A stretch of DNA of 64,000 nucleotides from assembly GCA_032718475.1 (NCBI GenBank), contig JAUCBJ010005881.1, positions 9,860 to 73,859 of the forward strand. The letters are read 5' to 3'. Origin of the DNA: Nemertoderma westbladi. Its lineage: Eukaryota; Animalia; Xenacoelomorpha. The notes below the pieces were generated by a model. The model searched no databases and was not told the origin of the DNA. It saw only the letters and a list, made by a program, of their open reading frames with translations. Positions 36,861 to 50,575 of this stretch are shown here, one piece after another. Position numbers and translations under genes: made by a program. The number at the start of each line of letters is the position of its first letter. Positions within the stretch are counted from its first letter, which is position 1.

Positions 36861-38040
36861 TGTAAAGGCTTTTGCGGAATTAGCCGGTTATTTTCCTGGT
36901 AAAGTACTCTGTAGTTGGTTTAACAGGCATAAAAGGCCGTGTCCTTACTGTACTGGTGTTTTAGAGGACATAAAAGTCATTTCTTCTTTATGTGTACTTT
37001 AGCGGACATAATTCGCAATTTTATGACGCAATGCGCCAAATTCTCTGTAAACAGTGTAGCTACCATGACGACGGCTAACAGCTGATGCTGTACACGTGGA
37101 GCCTTTTCTTTGTTCTCTGTTCCTTCTTTGTTCGGTCAACCAATCAGAGCGTTTTTGCCTCTGTGTTAGAGATTGTATATAGAAACTCGTGGAGTTGAGT
37201 CAGTATGTGATTTTGTCCACAGCCTACAACACCGGCTTTGGAACCTCCGTGTTTCAGTCTTTAGCCCAACATTAGTAGGCTTAATTATAGAACGTATATC
37301 TGTTATCAATCCAAACTCAATAATCATAACTTACTCACTCACTCATAACTTAACAAACCATTCATAACTTAACATTTTACTGCTTTTACTGTCGGTTATT
37401 CATTATATTTGTTGATGGAATATTATATTTGGAATACTGATAAATAATCAGACACCCCAATCTTCTTGATATACTAAAGGTTAGTGAGACCGGTTACATA
37501 TAACGATTGCGACTTACATTAAGTGGTTTGAAGTGAATCTAATGCTATTTTATAGGCCCTACATGTATTGTCTGTTGTTCTCCTTATATGTGACTAAAAT
37601 TAATGAAGGTCGGCAGATCAGTGTGTAGCATTGTGCAGTATTGTGTATGATTGTGATTGATAACAAAGCATCTCCTAAAGAATGCGCCATATACGTGAAT
37701 CTATAGCCATCCCGTTGTGTCTAGTTTAAGTCATAACTCTGTTTATATATTTAAAGCGCCACGTCCTAAAGGAACTGTTAATATTTCCCGAAAGTGAATA
37801 ATATTTGTCAGAGATTATATATATTACGATCAGTCGAATAATACAGTAGGCCTACCCCGCAATACGGTTAGGCTTCCGAATCCAGTCTCCCGGGTATATC
37901 CAGCGGGTGAATGATCGCGCATAGACTGGCTTCGGCTAATGTAGTGTATCAAATACTTGTCATAGGCTAAAGACGATCTATCATCTAAAAGACATCCCAA
38001 TTTGGCAGGTTAAACTGCTAAAGGTCTGAAAGCGCGAACA
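36861..38040 (+). repeat. 3' LTR of element 2
   Basis: Direct repeat of 19429-20608, preceded by PPT-like CTGGGTGCGG. Confidence 0.96.
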
Positions 38041-38458
38041 AAACGTTTACATAACGACTGTGGGATAGTTAACTAAACGTTTACATAACGGCTGTGAGAT
38101 AGTTAACTAAACGTTTACATAACGGCTGTGGGATAGTTAACTAAACGTTTACATAACGGCTGTGAGATTGTTAACTAAACTATTACATAACGGCTGTGAG
38201 ATAGTTAACTAAACGTTTACATAACGGCTGTGGGATAGTTAAATAAACGTTTACATAACGGCTGTGAGATAGATAACTAAACGTTTACATAACGGCTGTG
38301 GGATAGTTAACTAAACGTTTACATAACGGCTGTGGGATAGTTAACTAAACGTTTACATAACGGCTGTGAGATTGTTAACTAAACTATTACATAACGGCTG
38401 TGAGATAGTTAACTAAACGTTTACATAACGGCTGTGGGATAGTTAACTAAACTAAACG
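38041..38458. repeat. Satellite, 34-bp unit, right arm
   Basis: About 12 copies resuming in register after the TSD. Confidence 0.95.
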
Positions 38459-38556
38459 TCTGAACCAGCGTAAGGCCCAACTTTGTCCCAGTGGTTAAAT
38501 CCGTTGCTTAGATTTCACATCTCTCCGGCTGGGTTCGATCCAAGCATGAGTTTTCG

Positions 38557-40595
38557 GTCCAACATCCAACTTGGTTCCGTCCCACATCCAACTTGGATCC
38601 GTCCAACAGCCAACTTGGATCCGTCCAACATCCAACTTGGATCCGTCCAACAGCCAACTTGGATCCGTCCAACAGCCAACTTGGATCCGTCCAACAGCCA
38701 ACTCGGATCCGTCCAACATCCAACTTGGATACGCCCAACAGCCAACTTGGATCCGTCCAACATCCAACTTGGATCCGTCCAACATCCAGCTTGGATCCGT
38801 CCCACATCCAACTTGGATCCGTCCAAAATCCAACTCGGATCCGTCCAACATCCAACTTGGATACGTCCAACAGCCAACTTGGATCCGTCCAACAGCCAAC
38901 TTGGATCCGTCCAACAGCCAACTTGGATCCGTCCAACAGCCAACTTCGATCCGCCCAACATCCAACTTGGATCCGTCCAACATCCAACTTGGATCCGTCC
39001 AACATCCAACTTGGATCCGTCCCACATCCAACTTGGATCCGTCCAACATCCAACTTGGATCCGTCCAACATCCAGCTTGGATCCGTCCAACATCCAACTT
39101 GGATACGTCCAACAGCCAACTTGGATCCGTCCAACAGCCAACTTGGCTCCGTCCAACATCCAACTTGGATCCGTCCAACAGCCAACTTGGATCCGTCCAA
39201 CAGCCAACTTGGATCCGTCCAACAGCCAACTTCGATCCGTCCAACATCCAACTTGGATCCGTCCAACATCCAACTTGGATCCGTCCAACAGCCAACTTGG
39301 ATCCGTCCAACAGCCAACTTGGATCCGTCCAACATCCAACTTGGATCCGTCCAACAGCCAACTTGGATCCGTCCAACAGCCAACTTGGATCCGTCCAACA
39401 GCCAACTTGGATCCGTCCAACAGCCAACTTGGATCCGTCCAACATCCAACTTGGATCCGTCCAACAGCCAACTTGGATCCGTCCAACAGCCAACTTGGAT
39501 CCGTCCAACAGCCAACTTCGATCCGTCCAACATCCAACTTGGATCCGTCCAACATCCAACTTGGATCCGTCCAACATCCAACTTGGATCCGTCCCACATC
39601 CAACTTGGATCCGTCCAACATCCAACTTGGATCCGTCCAACAGCCAACTTGGATCCGTCCAACAGCCAACTTGGATCCGTCCAACAGCCAACTTCGATCC
39701 GTCCAGCATCCAACTTGGATCCGTCCAACATCCAACTTGGATCCGTCCCACATCCAACTTGGATCCGTCCAACATCCAGCTTGGATCCGTCCAACATCCA
39801 ACTTGGATACGTCCAACAGCCAACTTGGATCCGTCCAACAGCCAACTTGGATCCGTCCAACAGCCAACTTGGATCCGTCCAACATCCAACTTGGATCCGT
39901 CCAACAGCCAACTTGGATCCGTCCAACAGCCAACTTCGATCCGTCCAACATCCAACTTGGATCCGTCCAACATCCAACTTGGATCCGTCCCACATCCAAC
40001 TTGGATCCGTCCAACATCCAACTTGGATCCGTCCAACATCCAACTTGGATCCGTCCCACATCCAACTTGGATCCGTCCCACATCCAACTTGGATCCGTCC
40101 AAAATCCAACTCGGATCCGTCAAACATCCAACTTGGATACGTCCAACAGCCAACTTGGATACGTCCAACATCCAACTTGGATCCGTCCAACAGCCAACTT
40201 GGATCCGTCCAACATCCAACTTGGATACGTCCAACATCCAACTTGGATCCGTCCCACATCCAACTTGGATCCGTCCCACATCCAACTTGGATCCGTCCAA
40301 AATCCAACTCGGATCCGTCCAACATCCAACTTGGATACGTCCAACAGCCAACTTGGATCCGTCCAACATCCAACTTGGATCCGTCCAACAGCCACCTTGG
40401 ATCCGTCCAACATCCAACTTGGATCCGTCCCACATCCAACTTGGATCCGTCCAAAATCCAACTCGGATCCGTCCAACATCCTACTTGGATACGTCCAACA
40501 GCCAACTTGGATCCGTCCAACATCCAACTTGAATCCGTCCAACAGCCAACTTGGATCCGTCCAACATCCAACTTGGATCCGTCCCACATCCAACT
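38557..40595. repeat. Satellite, 22-bp unit (CCAACTTGGATCCGTCCAACA[T/G]), left arm
   Basis: About 92 tandem copies; consensus is stop-free in all six frames. Confidence 0.97.
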
Positions 40596-42304
40596 CACAG
40601 TGGGGCTTAACTTGGTTTTTGGCAAAGGTTGGACCCCGTTCATGAAAATAAGTTTTTTGAGCTTAGTTGGTCCCCTAATGTAAAAATTCACAAAAATTAA
40701 AATATTTCATGGGTGGCTTTTTATATTAATACTATTTAAGTAATTATTTAATACTAATCATATTACTAAATTTCATCACTTACTCCCCCAAACATATTGA
40801 CAGGTTTATTTTGCTCCATTGGTGTCACATTGTACAAAAAATAAAAAAATTTAAAATTTCATGGGTGGCTTTTAATATAATTAATATATAATAGTTAATA
40901 ATAATAATTAATATTAATATTAATAAATATTAAAATTAAATATTAATAAATATATAATAATAATTAATTATTTATTTAATACTAAATATTATTACCTTTA
41001 ACAAAGGATGTTACCCCATTCCTGAAAACACGTTTTTTGGCTCTAATCATGTCTCGATGAATAAAATATAAAAAATTAGAAAGTTTCATGGGTGGCTTTT
41101 AATATAAATGCTATTTAATTATTTATTTAATACTAAATATTATTACCTTTAACTAAGGATGTTTGTTACCCCATCCCATACATGAAAAAAGTTTGTTTGG
41201 CTCCAAGCATGTCTTGGTGAATAAAATATAAAACATTAGAAAGTTTCATGGGTGGCTTTTAATATAAATGCTATTTAATTATTTATTTAATGCTAAATAT
41301 TATTACATTTAACAAAGGATGATTGGTACTCTTTCCCATACATTAAAACTAGTTTTTTGGCTTCAAGCAGGCCTTGATGAATAAAATATAAAAAATTAGA
41401 AAGTTTCCAGGGGGGCGTTTAATATTACAATTATTTTATTATTCAATTAATACTAAATATTATTACTTATATATATTTATATGTATAACGAACCTTTTAC
41501 GCCCATTGAATAATGTAAAAACGGTTTACATATGCAGTGGCGATTTCGTTCCCAAATATATATTGACGTTCTGTACTCATTCGAAGATACTTTGTAAAGC
41601 GCATGAAAATAATGAGTGTATACAGTAGCGTTTTCGTCAAGAAAAAATTCGTCAAAACTTACGATCTTTTAAAAAAACACAGTATGTTAGTTTTATACAG
41701 TATAATTATGTAACAAAAATTGTTAAGTGTAGGTAAACTTTACTGACTTTCAAGTACTGTACAAGTAGAGTAGTTGTATTGAGTAGGATATCAGCCTACT
41801 GTATATACAGTAGTGCAAAACTACTGTAGGCCTACTATACATTCCGATTATTCTGTGTTTCTGTTTATTTATTATTTAATTATTAATTCACAACCAAGTT
41901 TGATATATTTTGTTTTATAAAAACCCTATATCACTATATAACCTGACAATTTCAAATGGGAAGGGGGGGGGGGGGGATATACGCAAGAAATATTTAACCT
42001 ACTTCAAGGGAAAATCGATGCGCAAATACCACCAACCAGCAAGAATGAAACGGGAACTTACGATATAAACTCTCATGTCACTCAGTTTCCCCTTTCTTCA
42101 CACATTTATTCCCCTTGTAAGCTTAATCCGTGCTTTGTTAGCGTTAGGTAAACATGCGAACATTGAACATACAATTTAATTTCAGACGTTAATAAAATTA
42201 TGTTTTGACGACCAACAAGTTACATTACATACTGTTGTAGGCCTATGTAAAAAAACGATGATACGTAAACATTGATACGTAAACAATGATACGTAAGTCA
42301 ATCG

Positions 42305-44570
42305 CCAGAGACTTGACTTGTCATACTTGACTTGACATTGCATTGACTTGAAATATACCCCATTTGGCTTTGTCATCCTTCAGTTGATATAATTCAATTC
42401 TCATACTTGATTTGACATACACATACTTGACTTGAAATTCTTCTGCCAAAAGAAGTCAAATATGCTAAGTTAAGTACGTCAACTTTAAGTCAAGTAAAGT
42501 GATCACTTAAACATAAACAGGCTATGATTTCTACATTATTTATGTATACATTTTGTCATTGTCACCACTATATTTCGTCAATTTAAGTCGATGAAATGCC
42601 AAAGGTAGGAAAAAATAAACATTTAAAGTCACAAATACGCCACAAATAATCCAAGTCGACATTTTATATATAGGAATATATAATGTAACAAATTCTCCAA
42701 TCGGTGTTGTTAAAACGCCTTTCGTATAAAAAATAAATCTAAAGGGTTACAAATACGACGTATTTGTAACCCTTTAGATTTATTTTTAAACTTTCCGCGA
42801 TGTGAAGACAAGCTTTGTATGTGACGTCGTCACATACAAAGCTTGTCTTCATATCGCGGAAAGTGTTGCTATCAGTCGCATTTTTTCTAAGCCCTGACAT
42901 ATTATGCATTAAGCCTATTTATATTAGCCTACTGTACCAGACTGAAAATCATATTTTTTAGATTGTTGGCTGGTTATATTTACTTAACATACTGTACTTT
43001 ATTTGACATACAGTATTTGACTTAGCTTATTCTACTTGACATAATTGACTTGACATACTTGACTTGACAAAGTTGATTTAACTAAGATGGCCAATAATGC
43101 TCCCACAGGAACCATCAGCTATTACAAAAAGCCCGATAATTGTCAATCATCTAAGTAATCTTCAGGATAACCAATTTCATAATATAATAGTCGATTTTTC
43201 TGGAGTCCAGCCAATGGCATTCTAGAACGGTTTATGTAGCACAATGTAGCGACGTCATTAAGTACGCTGATTTGCCAACCCTGCGAGTTGGTAAATATTC
43301 GGATTCTAGGCCTGGGACGGTATTATGATGGGGGGTGGTAGTGCTGGTGTCAAGTCTAGCATGTCAAGTCAAGTATATCAAAATAAATTAGAAATTAGAA
43401 CCTTAACATTCCTACACCATTACTGAATATAGTGTCTTTCTTTTAGTGTCGATATTATATTGCACCAGTTGCGCCGTTATTCTTCGTACTGTATTTATAG
43501 TGAATTCTGGGTTCCAAAGGAAAGGTATCATGGAAGCGTGTCAGAAAACGCGGCTAAAAGCGCGGAAAAAACGCCTCAACGAAAATGGCCTTCTCAGTAG
43601 GCCTTGTGCAAATTATTATTTTTTTTCTACCTTTGGCGTTTTATGGACTTCAATTGACGAAATTGTTTCATAATGCGATTAAGTTGTGACAATGAAAAGA
43701 TATATGCATAAATAATGGAATCAAGTGTATTCACAGTGTTGAAGTCAATGGCTTCTATGTCCAACTCAATTTATCGATTAAACTCAATGATATTGAATTT
43801 ATTTTCCTTAAAGTTACCCACTCTTCTACACATGTGTGTGAAAGTCAAAGCCAAGCTAACATTAAAGCATAGAACATCGCCGTGACCGTCACAAAGGTCG
43901 AACCCCCCTCCCCCTGTCACAAAATGTCACGCAAAAAAGACTGTCTACCCCCCCCCCCCCCCCCCCCCCCCCTAGTGCGTGACATACTTTATGAACGCCC
44001 CCCTTGTCATTTTATCGACTTCAATTGACGAAATAGTTCCATTATGCGATTAAGTTTTAACAATGAAAACATTTATGCATAAATATTGTAGCAGACATAG
44101 CCTGTTTAAGTGATCACATTACTTGAGGCACTTGACTTCTCTTGGCGGAAGAAATTCAAGTCATGAATTTCAATTCAAGTATGTCAAGTCTGGTCAATTC
44201 AAGTACATATGTCGGGTCAATTATTTTGTCAAGTCAAGTCCTAGTTTGTCAAGTAAAGTGTATCAAGCGAAGTCTAGTATGCCAAGTCAAGCACATTTAT
44301 ATCAAGTGAAGTCAAGTATATCACGTCAGTTATGTCAGGCCAAGTCATGTCAAGTCAATAATTTCAAGTCAAGTAAAATATGTTAATTTGTCAAGTCAAG
44401 TAATGTACAGTATGTTACGTAAATATGTCAACAGAAGTATATCAAATCAAATAGGCCTATATCTTTAAGTCAAGTGGAGTATGACAAATAAATTATGTCA
44501 AACCAAAAATCACAAGCCATGTCAAGTACCGATATGTCAAATCAAGTATGACAAGTCAAGTATGTCAAAT
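42305..44570. repeat. Nested foldback-type repeat with (CTTGA)n / (TCAAG)n arms
   Basis: CTTGACTTGAC-rich tracts at 42305-43080 and GTCAAGTCAAG-rich tracts at 43350-44570; 42497-42620 recurs inverted near 43615 and 44005-44120. Confidence 0.55.
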
Positions 44571-44929
44571 GAAGATGGTAGAAATGAAATGATAGATGGG
44601 ATTCAGTTGTTTCGGTCGCTCTCTCTATGGATAGATAGTAAACAGCAACACAGATTAGCGACGAACTTTATATGAAATACCAGTTGAAGACAGTTTTTAC
44701 TTAGAAACCATGAAATGGAGACATAGCTTAATTCGCATTATTTTATAATGAAACAGTAAACGAAATTTTCATATCTATTTTAGTTTTGGAGTTATTTGAT
44801 TTTTTGTAGACCTCACTTATTTTGAAATTAGTAGAAATTTAAGTGGTCAATTTTTTGTAAGATAAGCTATTACTTTTTCAACATACTATAATTGTATTTG
44901 TCCTACAGGATAATTTTCGCTATGAGTTT

Positions 44930-45445
44930 TCCTGTTCAGTGATTTCATTTCAATTGTTACTTTCCACGGCTGACGGATTCTAGACTGTCCATCAGTCTGT
45001 CTGTCTGTCTGTGTGTCGGTTTGTCTGTCAAAATTAGGGAAATATGATATGTAACAAAATATTTTGCTTGTGGGTGAAATGAAATCACTGACCAAGAAAA
45101 CCCCATAATTATTTGTTAATTTGATATATTTCTCAATTTTGACAGACAAAAGACAAACAGGACAGACAGACCGACAGACAGACAGACGTAAAAACATTAA
45201 ATAATCAATCAAACGTAAAAAAAATAGCTACCGGAAATGAAATCACCGACCAAGAAAACCCCATAAATAGATATGTTTCTTAATTTGATTTATTTCTCAA
45301 TTTTGACAGAAAGACAGACCGACAGACAGACGTACAAACATTAAATAATAAATCAAACGTAAACATAGATATCAGAAATGAAATCACCAACCAAGAAAAC
45401 CCCATATATAAATTTTTTTGTTAATTTGATTTAGTTCTCAATTTC

Positions 45446-45483
<38 letters not shown>

Positions 45484-45846
45484 AAGTCTAGATTTCTTTA
45501 AACTGGAAAAGTGAAATTTTAACTGTAATTACCACCCAGTGACATTTTAAATGTTATCACCACCCAGAAAAACCTTATAACACAAATTTTGAACAGTTTG
45601 TGCACTTCTTAAATTTTAACAGACTGACAAACCAAAAACAGACAGACTGACTGACATGCAGACAATCGTCTAGAATCGATATATAGTGAAAACCGATATC
45701 GTATTTTAAATCATCGGCAAATAAAAACCCAATAGCAAAAAAATTTAGGTGGTGGTGTTATATTTATTTATTTGTTACATTTTTGACAGAGAAACAGACA
45801 AGTATTCAGACAAACAGACAGAGTGACCTCCAATAAAAATACAAAT
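44930..45846. repeat. Interspersed repeat with (AGAC)n tracts and GAAATCACCGACCAAGAAAACCCC units
   Basis: Three or more internal copies; the end (GAGTGACCTCCAATAAAAATACAAAT) is the inverse of the segment at ~2822-2920. Confidence 0.55.
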
Positions 45847-48591
45847 TAAAACATTGTCGCCAAAGTTCCATACACTGATGTGTATCTGAATTCTGACGTA
45901 TGTACCTAATGTTTTACAAGTCTGCTTTGAAATATCGTAAAAGTTTACATAATAATCCCCCCAATTACAGAAAATTGGCGGGAACGTTTGAAACTCTCAT
46001 AACTTTAAAGCCGTTTTTCTCAAAACTTTGTTAATATTTGGTCATTAGACTACTAATTTTCAAAACTCAATATCTTTATCGGATTTGAAATCTGTTTTCA
46101 GTGTTCGATTCAGCATAAAAATGTGTATTTGAATCAATAAAAAAACACAAAATTATTTTTTGTAACCGTAGGTCGGATTCTTGATCAAACCCCACATTTT
46201 TAGATAATTAGTCATTATTATCATATGTAATAAATCACACAAGAATTTGCACCACAGGTTTCTTGGACGTATTTTTAACTTGTATATTTATTTTTTATAC
46301 AACAGACGTGTTTCATCAGTACTAATTAGTAATTACATAATTTGTTACATTATTCATTCTTGCTGTATATATTGCATATAATGGCGAATTAATGCTATTA
46401 ACTTTTGACGCATTTGCAACTATATATATATATATTTCATGTGTATGATAAAAAGGCATATATGTTACATACATATATCGCATCATTTTACTACAATTCA
46501 ACATTATTTTGGTGATAGCATTAACTAATGTTTCCTTTATTAAATGAGAATAAAATATTTAAAACAAAAATAATATCTAAAAGTATTAGTTAGTTAGTTT
46601 ATTTATGATGATCTTAATCTGATGATTGTAATCTGAACACTGTATATTGTATAATTCATAGCCCCATAATAAAAATAAATTGGCATCATATCAGTTCATT
46701 ATTACCAGCATTAATTCAACACAGTGGCGATCCACTTAGACTATTTACTATATCTAATGGAAACTACCCATTTACAAGCGAGTTTATCAAAAGTGAAGCA
46801 GTTTAGCACAGAAAAAGCTTTCTTCGTGGTGGATTAAGTAATTTTATGTTCATTGGTACTTTGCACTGGTTGAACAAAAAAATAGTGTGTGACATCTGAC
46901 TTTAGACCTAAAATACACTGAGAGCGCCACTAAGGCGTAATCGTTACAAGTAGTCAATACGCCCAGATATCCATGATAACGCCCTTGTTACATTTCCCAA
47001 AATCGTTAAAACGCCGTTATACATAACCATTTATGTCGAATTCGCTACGTGTTACATCTATATTTATATATAGTATATAAGCTCATTGTTTATACAATGA
47101 AGGACTAGCGTAGATCAGCAGTTGGAAGATATGGACCAGTCCACAATCTTCATAAAAAATCCCATATTTTCAAACATTTTATCTATAATCTACGTATTTA
47201 TTTACTTTTTTTTATTAATATAATTCCTCAACTGGTGGTCAGCAACATTGTATCAATAATCATTGTGTCTTACCTACAACTGTACTGAGTCGTTGTAGGT
47301 AATAAGACACAATGTGTACTCTCTCTATATAATTGTTTATTTATATTACCAATCAAACCAACCGAACCAACCATATATTAGTAGAACATCAGTAGGTATA
47401 ATCTTTCACATTATTCACGCATGGATGCACACACCTCCTACACTACATTATAATATAAAATAACAGCTACATTAGTTCATGATTGTCCTTAGTCTTGGGT
47501 ATAGATATACAGTATGCTTCAGTTTAAGGCATATTTTTCATTCATTCATTTTTAAGTGGTTCTTAAGTTAAATATAAAATACATTTAAGAACATCGATCT
47601 TATTATAAATTTATAAAACATCATAAACTATTTAATTTTATTTCTTACTTAATCTTACACACTGCAGATAATGGTGCGCCATTATCTGATATACCTTTCA
47701 TGTATACATGTATATAGTCTAATGTTGTTAGTGGACTGAAATGTTTATTTCGTTCCTGAAAAATGCCACATCATTCTAAGATTGGGTTAATTTTCTGAAC
47801 AAGCAACATTTTCTTGAAAAACATGGTCGAAGTATAAAGTTTTAGAAAGTCATCCAAGATACGCAAATTAGCTACTTCAAGCAGTTAAGGAATATAATTC
47901 GAAACATGTATGAACTATTTTTGGTTTTTAATGGAGTATACAGTATATCAAAATAATTACATATATTTAGTATTAACTGGATAAATAAATAGTTGTATTA
48001 TTAAAAATTACCAATGAAACTTTCTAATTTTTTGTATTATAATCATCAAGATATGCTTGGAGCCAAAAAAACTTGTTTTCATGAATGGGATAGGGTACCA
48101 AACATCCTTTGTTAAAGGTAATAATATTTAGTATTAAATAAATAATTAAATATAATTTATATTAAAAGCCACCCATGAAACTTTCTAATTTTTTATATTT
48201 TATTCATCGAGACATGATTAGAGCAAAATAACTTGTTTTCATGAATGGGGTAACATCCTTTGTTAAAGGTAATAATATTTAGTATTAAATAAATAATTAA
48301 ATAGCATTATATTAAAAGCCACCCATGAAATTTTAAATTTTTTTATTTTGTGTACAATGTGACACCAATGGAGCAAAATAAATCTGTCAATTTGTTTGGG
48401 GGAGTAAGTGTTGAAATTTAGTAATATGATTAGTATTAAATAATTACTTAAATAGTATTAATTTAAAAAGCCACCCATGAAATATTTTAATTTTCGTCAA
48501 TTTTTACATTAGGGGACCAACTAAGCTCAAAAAACTTATTTTCATGAACGGGGTCCAACCTTTGCCAAAAACCAAGTTAAGCCCCACTGTG

Positions 48592-49333
48592 AACTTGGAT
48601 CCGTCCAAAATCCAACTCGGATCCGTCCATCATCCAACTTGGATACGTCCAACAGCCAACTTGGATCCGTCCAACAGCCAACTTGGATCCGTCCAACAGC
48701 CAACTTGGATCCGTCCAACATCCAACTTGGATCCGTCCCACATCCAACTTGGATCCGTCCAAAATCCAACTCGGATCCGTCCATCATCCAACTTGGATAC
48801 GTCCAACAGCCAACTTGGATCCGTCCCACATCCAACTTGGATCCGTCCAAAATCCAACTCGGATCCGACCAACATCCAACTTGGATACGTCCAACAGCCA
48901 ACTTGGATCCGTCCAACATCCAACTTGGATCCGTCCCACATCCAACTTGGATCCGTCCAACAGCCAACTTGGATCCGTCCAACAGCCAACTTGGATCCGT
49001 CCAACAGCCAACTTCGATCCGTCCAACATCCAACTTGGATCCGTCCAACAGCCAACTTGGATCCGTCCAACAGCCAACTTGGATCCGTCCCACATCCAAC
49101 TTGGATCCGTCCAAAATCCAACTCGGATCCGACCAACATCCAACTTGGATACGTCCAACAGCCAACTTGGATCCGTCCAACATCCAACTTGGATCCGTCC
49201 CACATCCAACTTGGATCCGTCCAACAGCCAACTTGGATCCGTCCAACAGCCAACTTGGATCCGTCCAACAGCCAACTTCGATCCGTCCAACATCCAACTT
49301 GGATCCGTCCAACAGCCAACTTGGATCTGTCCA
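48592..49333. repeat. Satellite, 22-bp unit, right arm
   Basis: Resumes in register and same orientation after the TIR element. Confidence 0.96.
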
Positions 49334-50575
49334 ATAGACATAGATCCAGCATGTAGGCCTACAGTTAATAAATATAATGAAATAAATAAAATAATGATAA
49401 TGAATGAATTTATGAAAATCGAATTTATATAAAGCAAAAGTAGTTGCCTAGGAACAACAATAAGTATAATTATTATAATAAGTAGTTTATTTTATATTAG
49501 ACTTGGTGTTACTTGGCTACTCGGTGTTCGAACTATAAATACAGTGAACTATTGTTAAAGTTTAATTTTACGATTGATTATTGTGGGAATTAATATAAAT
49601 ACCTAGTGGCAGCAGATGTGGAGGAATTCAATAGAATACAACAAGGAATCAATTCAAGTTGGGGCGATGCACACATTAGCCGTTATACTTTTTTTTTAAT
49701 GTCTACAATTTCTACTGAAATTAAAATATTTTGATTTTATACAGTATGGGCTGTTAAAATATGGCTAAAGATTTGTTTTTCGAAAAATTTTCAAATTTTC
49801 AATCGCCCTGTAGCGGCTATTGAATGAAACAAGACTTGCGGCTAAAATGCTACTAGTCATTGAATTTTAGGTGAAATTGCCTGCAACCAATTTTTTCGAA
49901 TTACAGAGGTGAGCTCCACAAAAGTTATCGGTTTTACAATTTTTAGTCTTGCCTTTTTATGTAAATTAATTAATATTTATTAATATTTGCCAAAATTTAA
50001 CAAATTTTTGGCTTTAATCTGAAAAATTGGCTGTAAAACCAAAAATATAAAAATTATAACCGATAACTTTTAAAGAACAGTTGAAAACCTTTCGAATGAG
50101 CCAAAAATAAAGAAAATTGGATAAAAAAAAGGCGGAGGATTAGTATTTTGAAAAATGTCATTCCGAGATAAGTTCATTCCGAGGTTGTCTGTCTGTCTTA
50201 CAATTTGACTGACAGACCGTCATACAGAAAAATAGCAATAACTCGAGAACTAAAAGAGGTTTCACTAAGCGATTTTCAGATTTTAAATCCCCATTAAATT
50301 CTGCTATAAAAATTTTGACCAGGGGGGGGGGGGGGGTACTCCGGCCCCGGCGAATGTAATATAATGCAATAGTGATAAGGTAGTAAAATAATGTAAGTTC
50401 ATTTTACGGAATACATTAAAACTTTATTTGATTTCAGTTAAAATTAATGATTATATATTTTTCACCCCACGTGGTATATCGGGAGATCAGGACACCTGCC
50501 TACAGGTGTTATTGTACTGTACGTCCAAGAGCAGAAGCTGTTTTTAACGACTCTTAGGTATGTATCTTGATTGAC

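Larger units (their letters stand above)
19429..38040 (+). mobile_element. BEL/Pao LTR retrotransposon, element 2 (full domain set, mutated)
   Basis: 1180-bp TG...CA LTRs; TSD AAACG at 19424-19428 and 38041-38045; Gag-PR-RT-RH-IN order. Confidence 0.96.
40596..48591. mobile_element. Non-autonomous TIR DNA transposon (8.0 kb), CACAGTGG termini, 4-bp TSD AACT; Chapaev/CMC-like
   Basis: 40596-~41470 is the reverse complement of ~47960-48591, with TTTCATGGGTGGCTTTT subterminal repeats; AACT at 40592-40595 and 48592-48595; no transposase ORF seen. Confidence 0.85.

Noticed and set aside
40596-40625. True RAG/Transib recombination signal or ProtoRAG element
   Set aside because: Nonamer is inverted, TSD is 4 bp not 5 bp, and no RAG1-like ORF is inside
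38483-40691. Six long ORFs of 520-730 aa on both strands (also 48542-49437)
   Set aside because: Artefact of a stop-free 22-bp unit giving 22-aa periodicity in every frame
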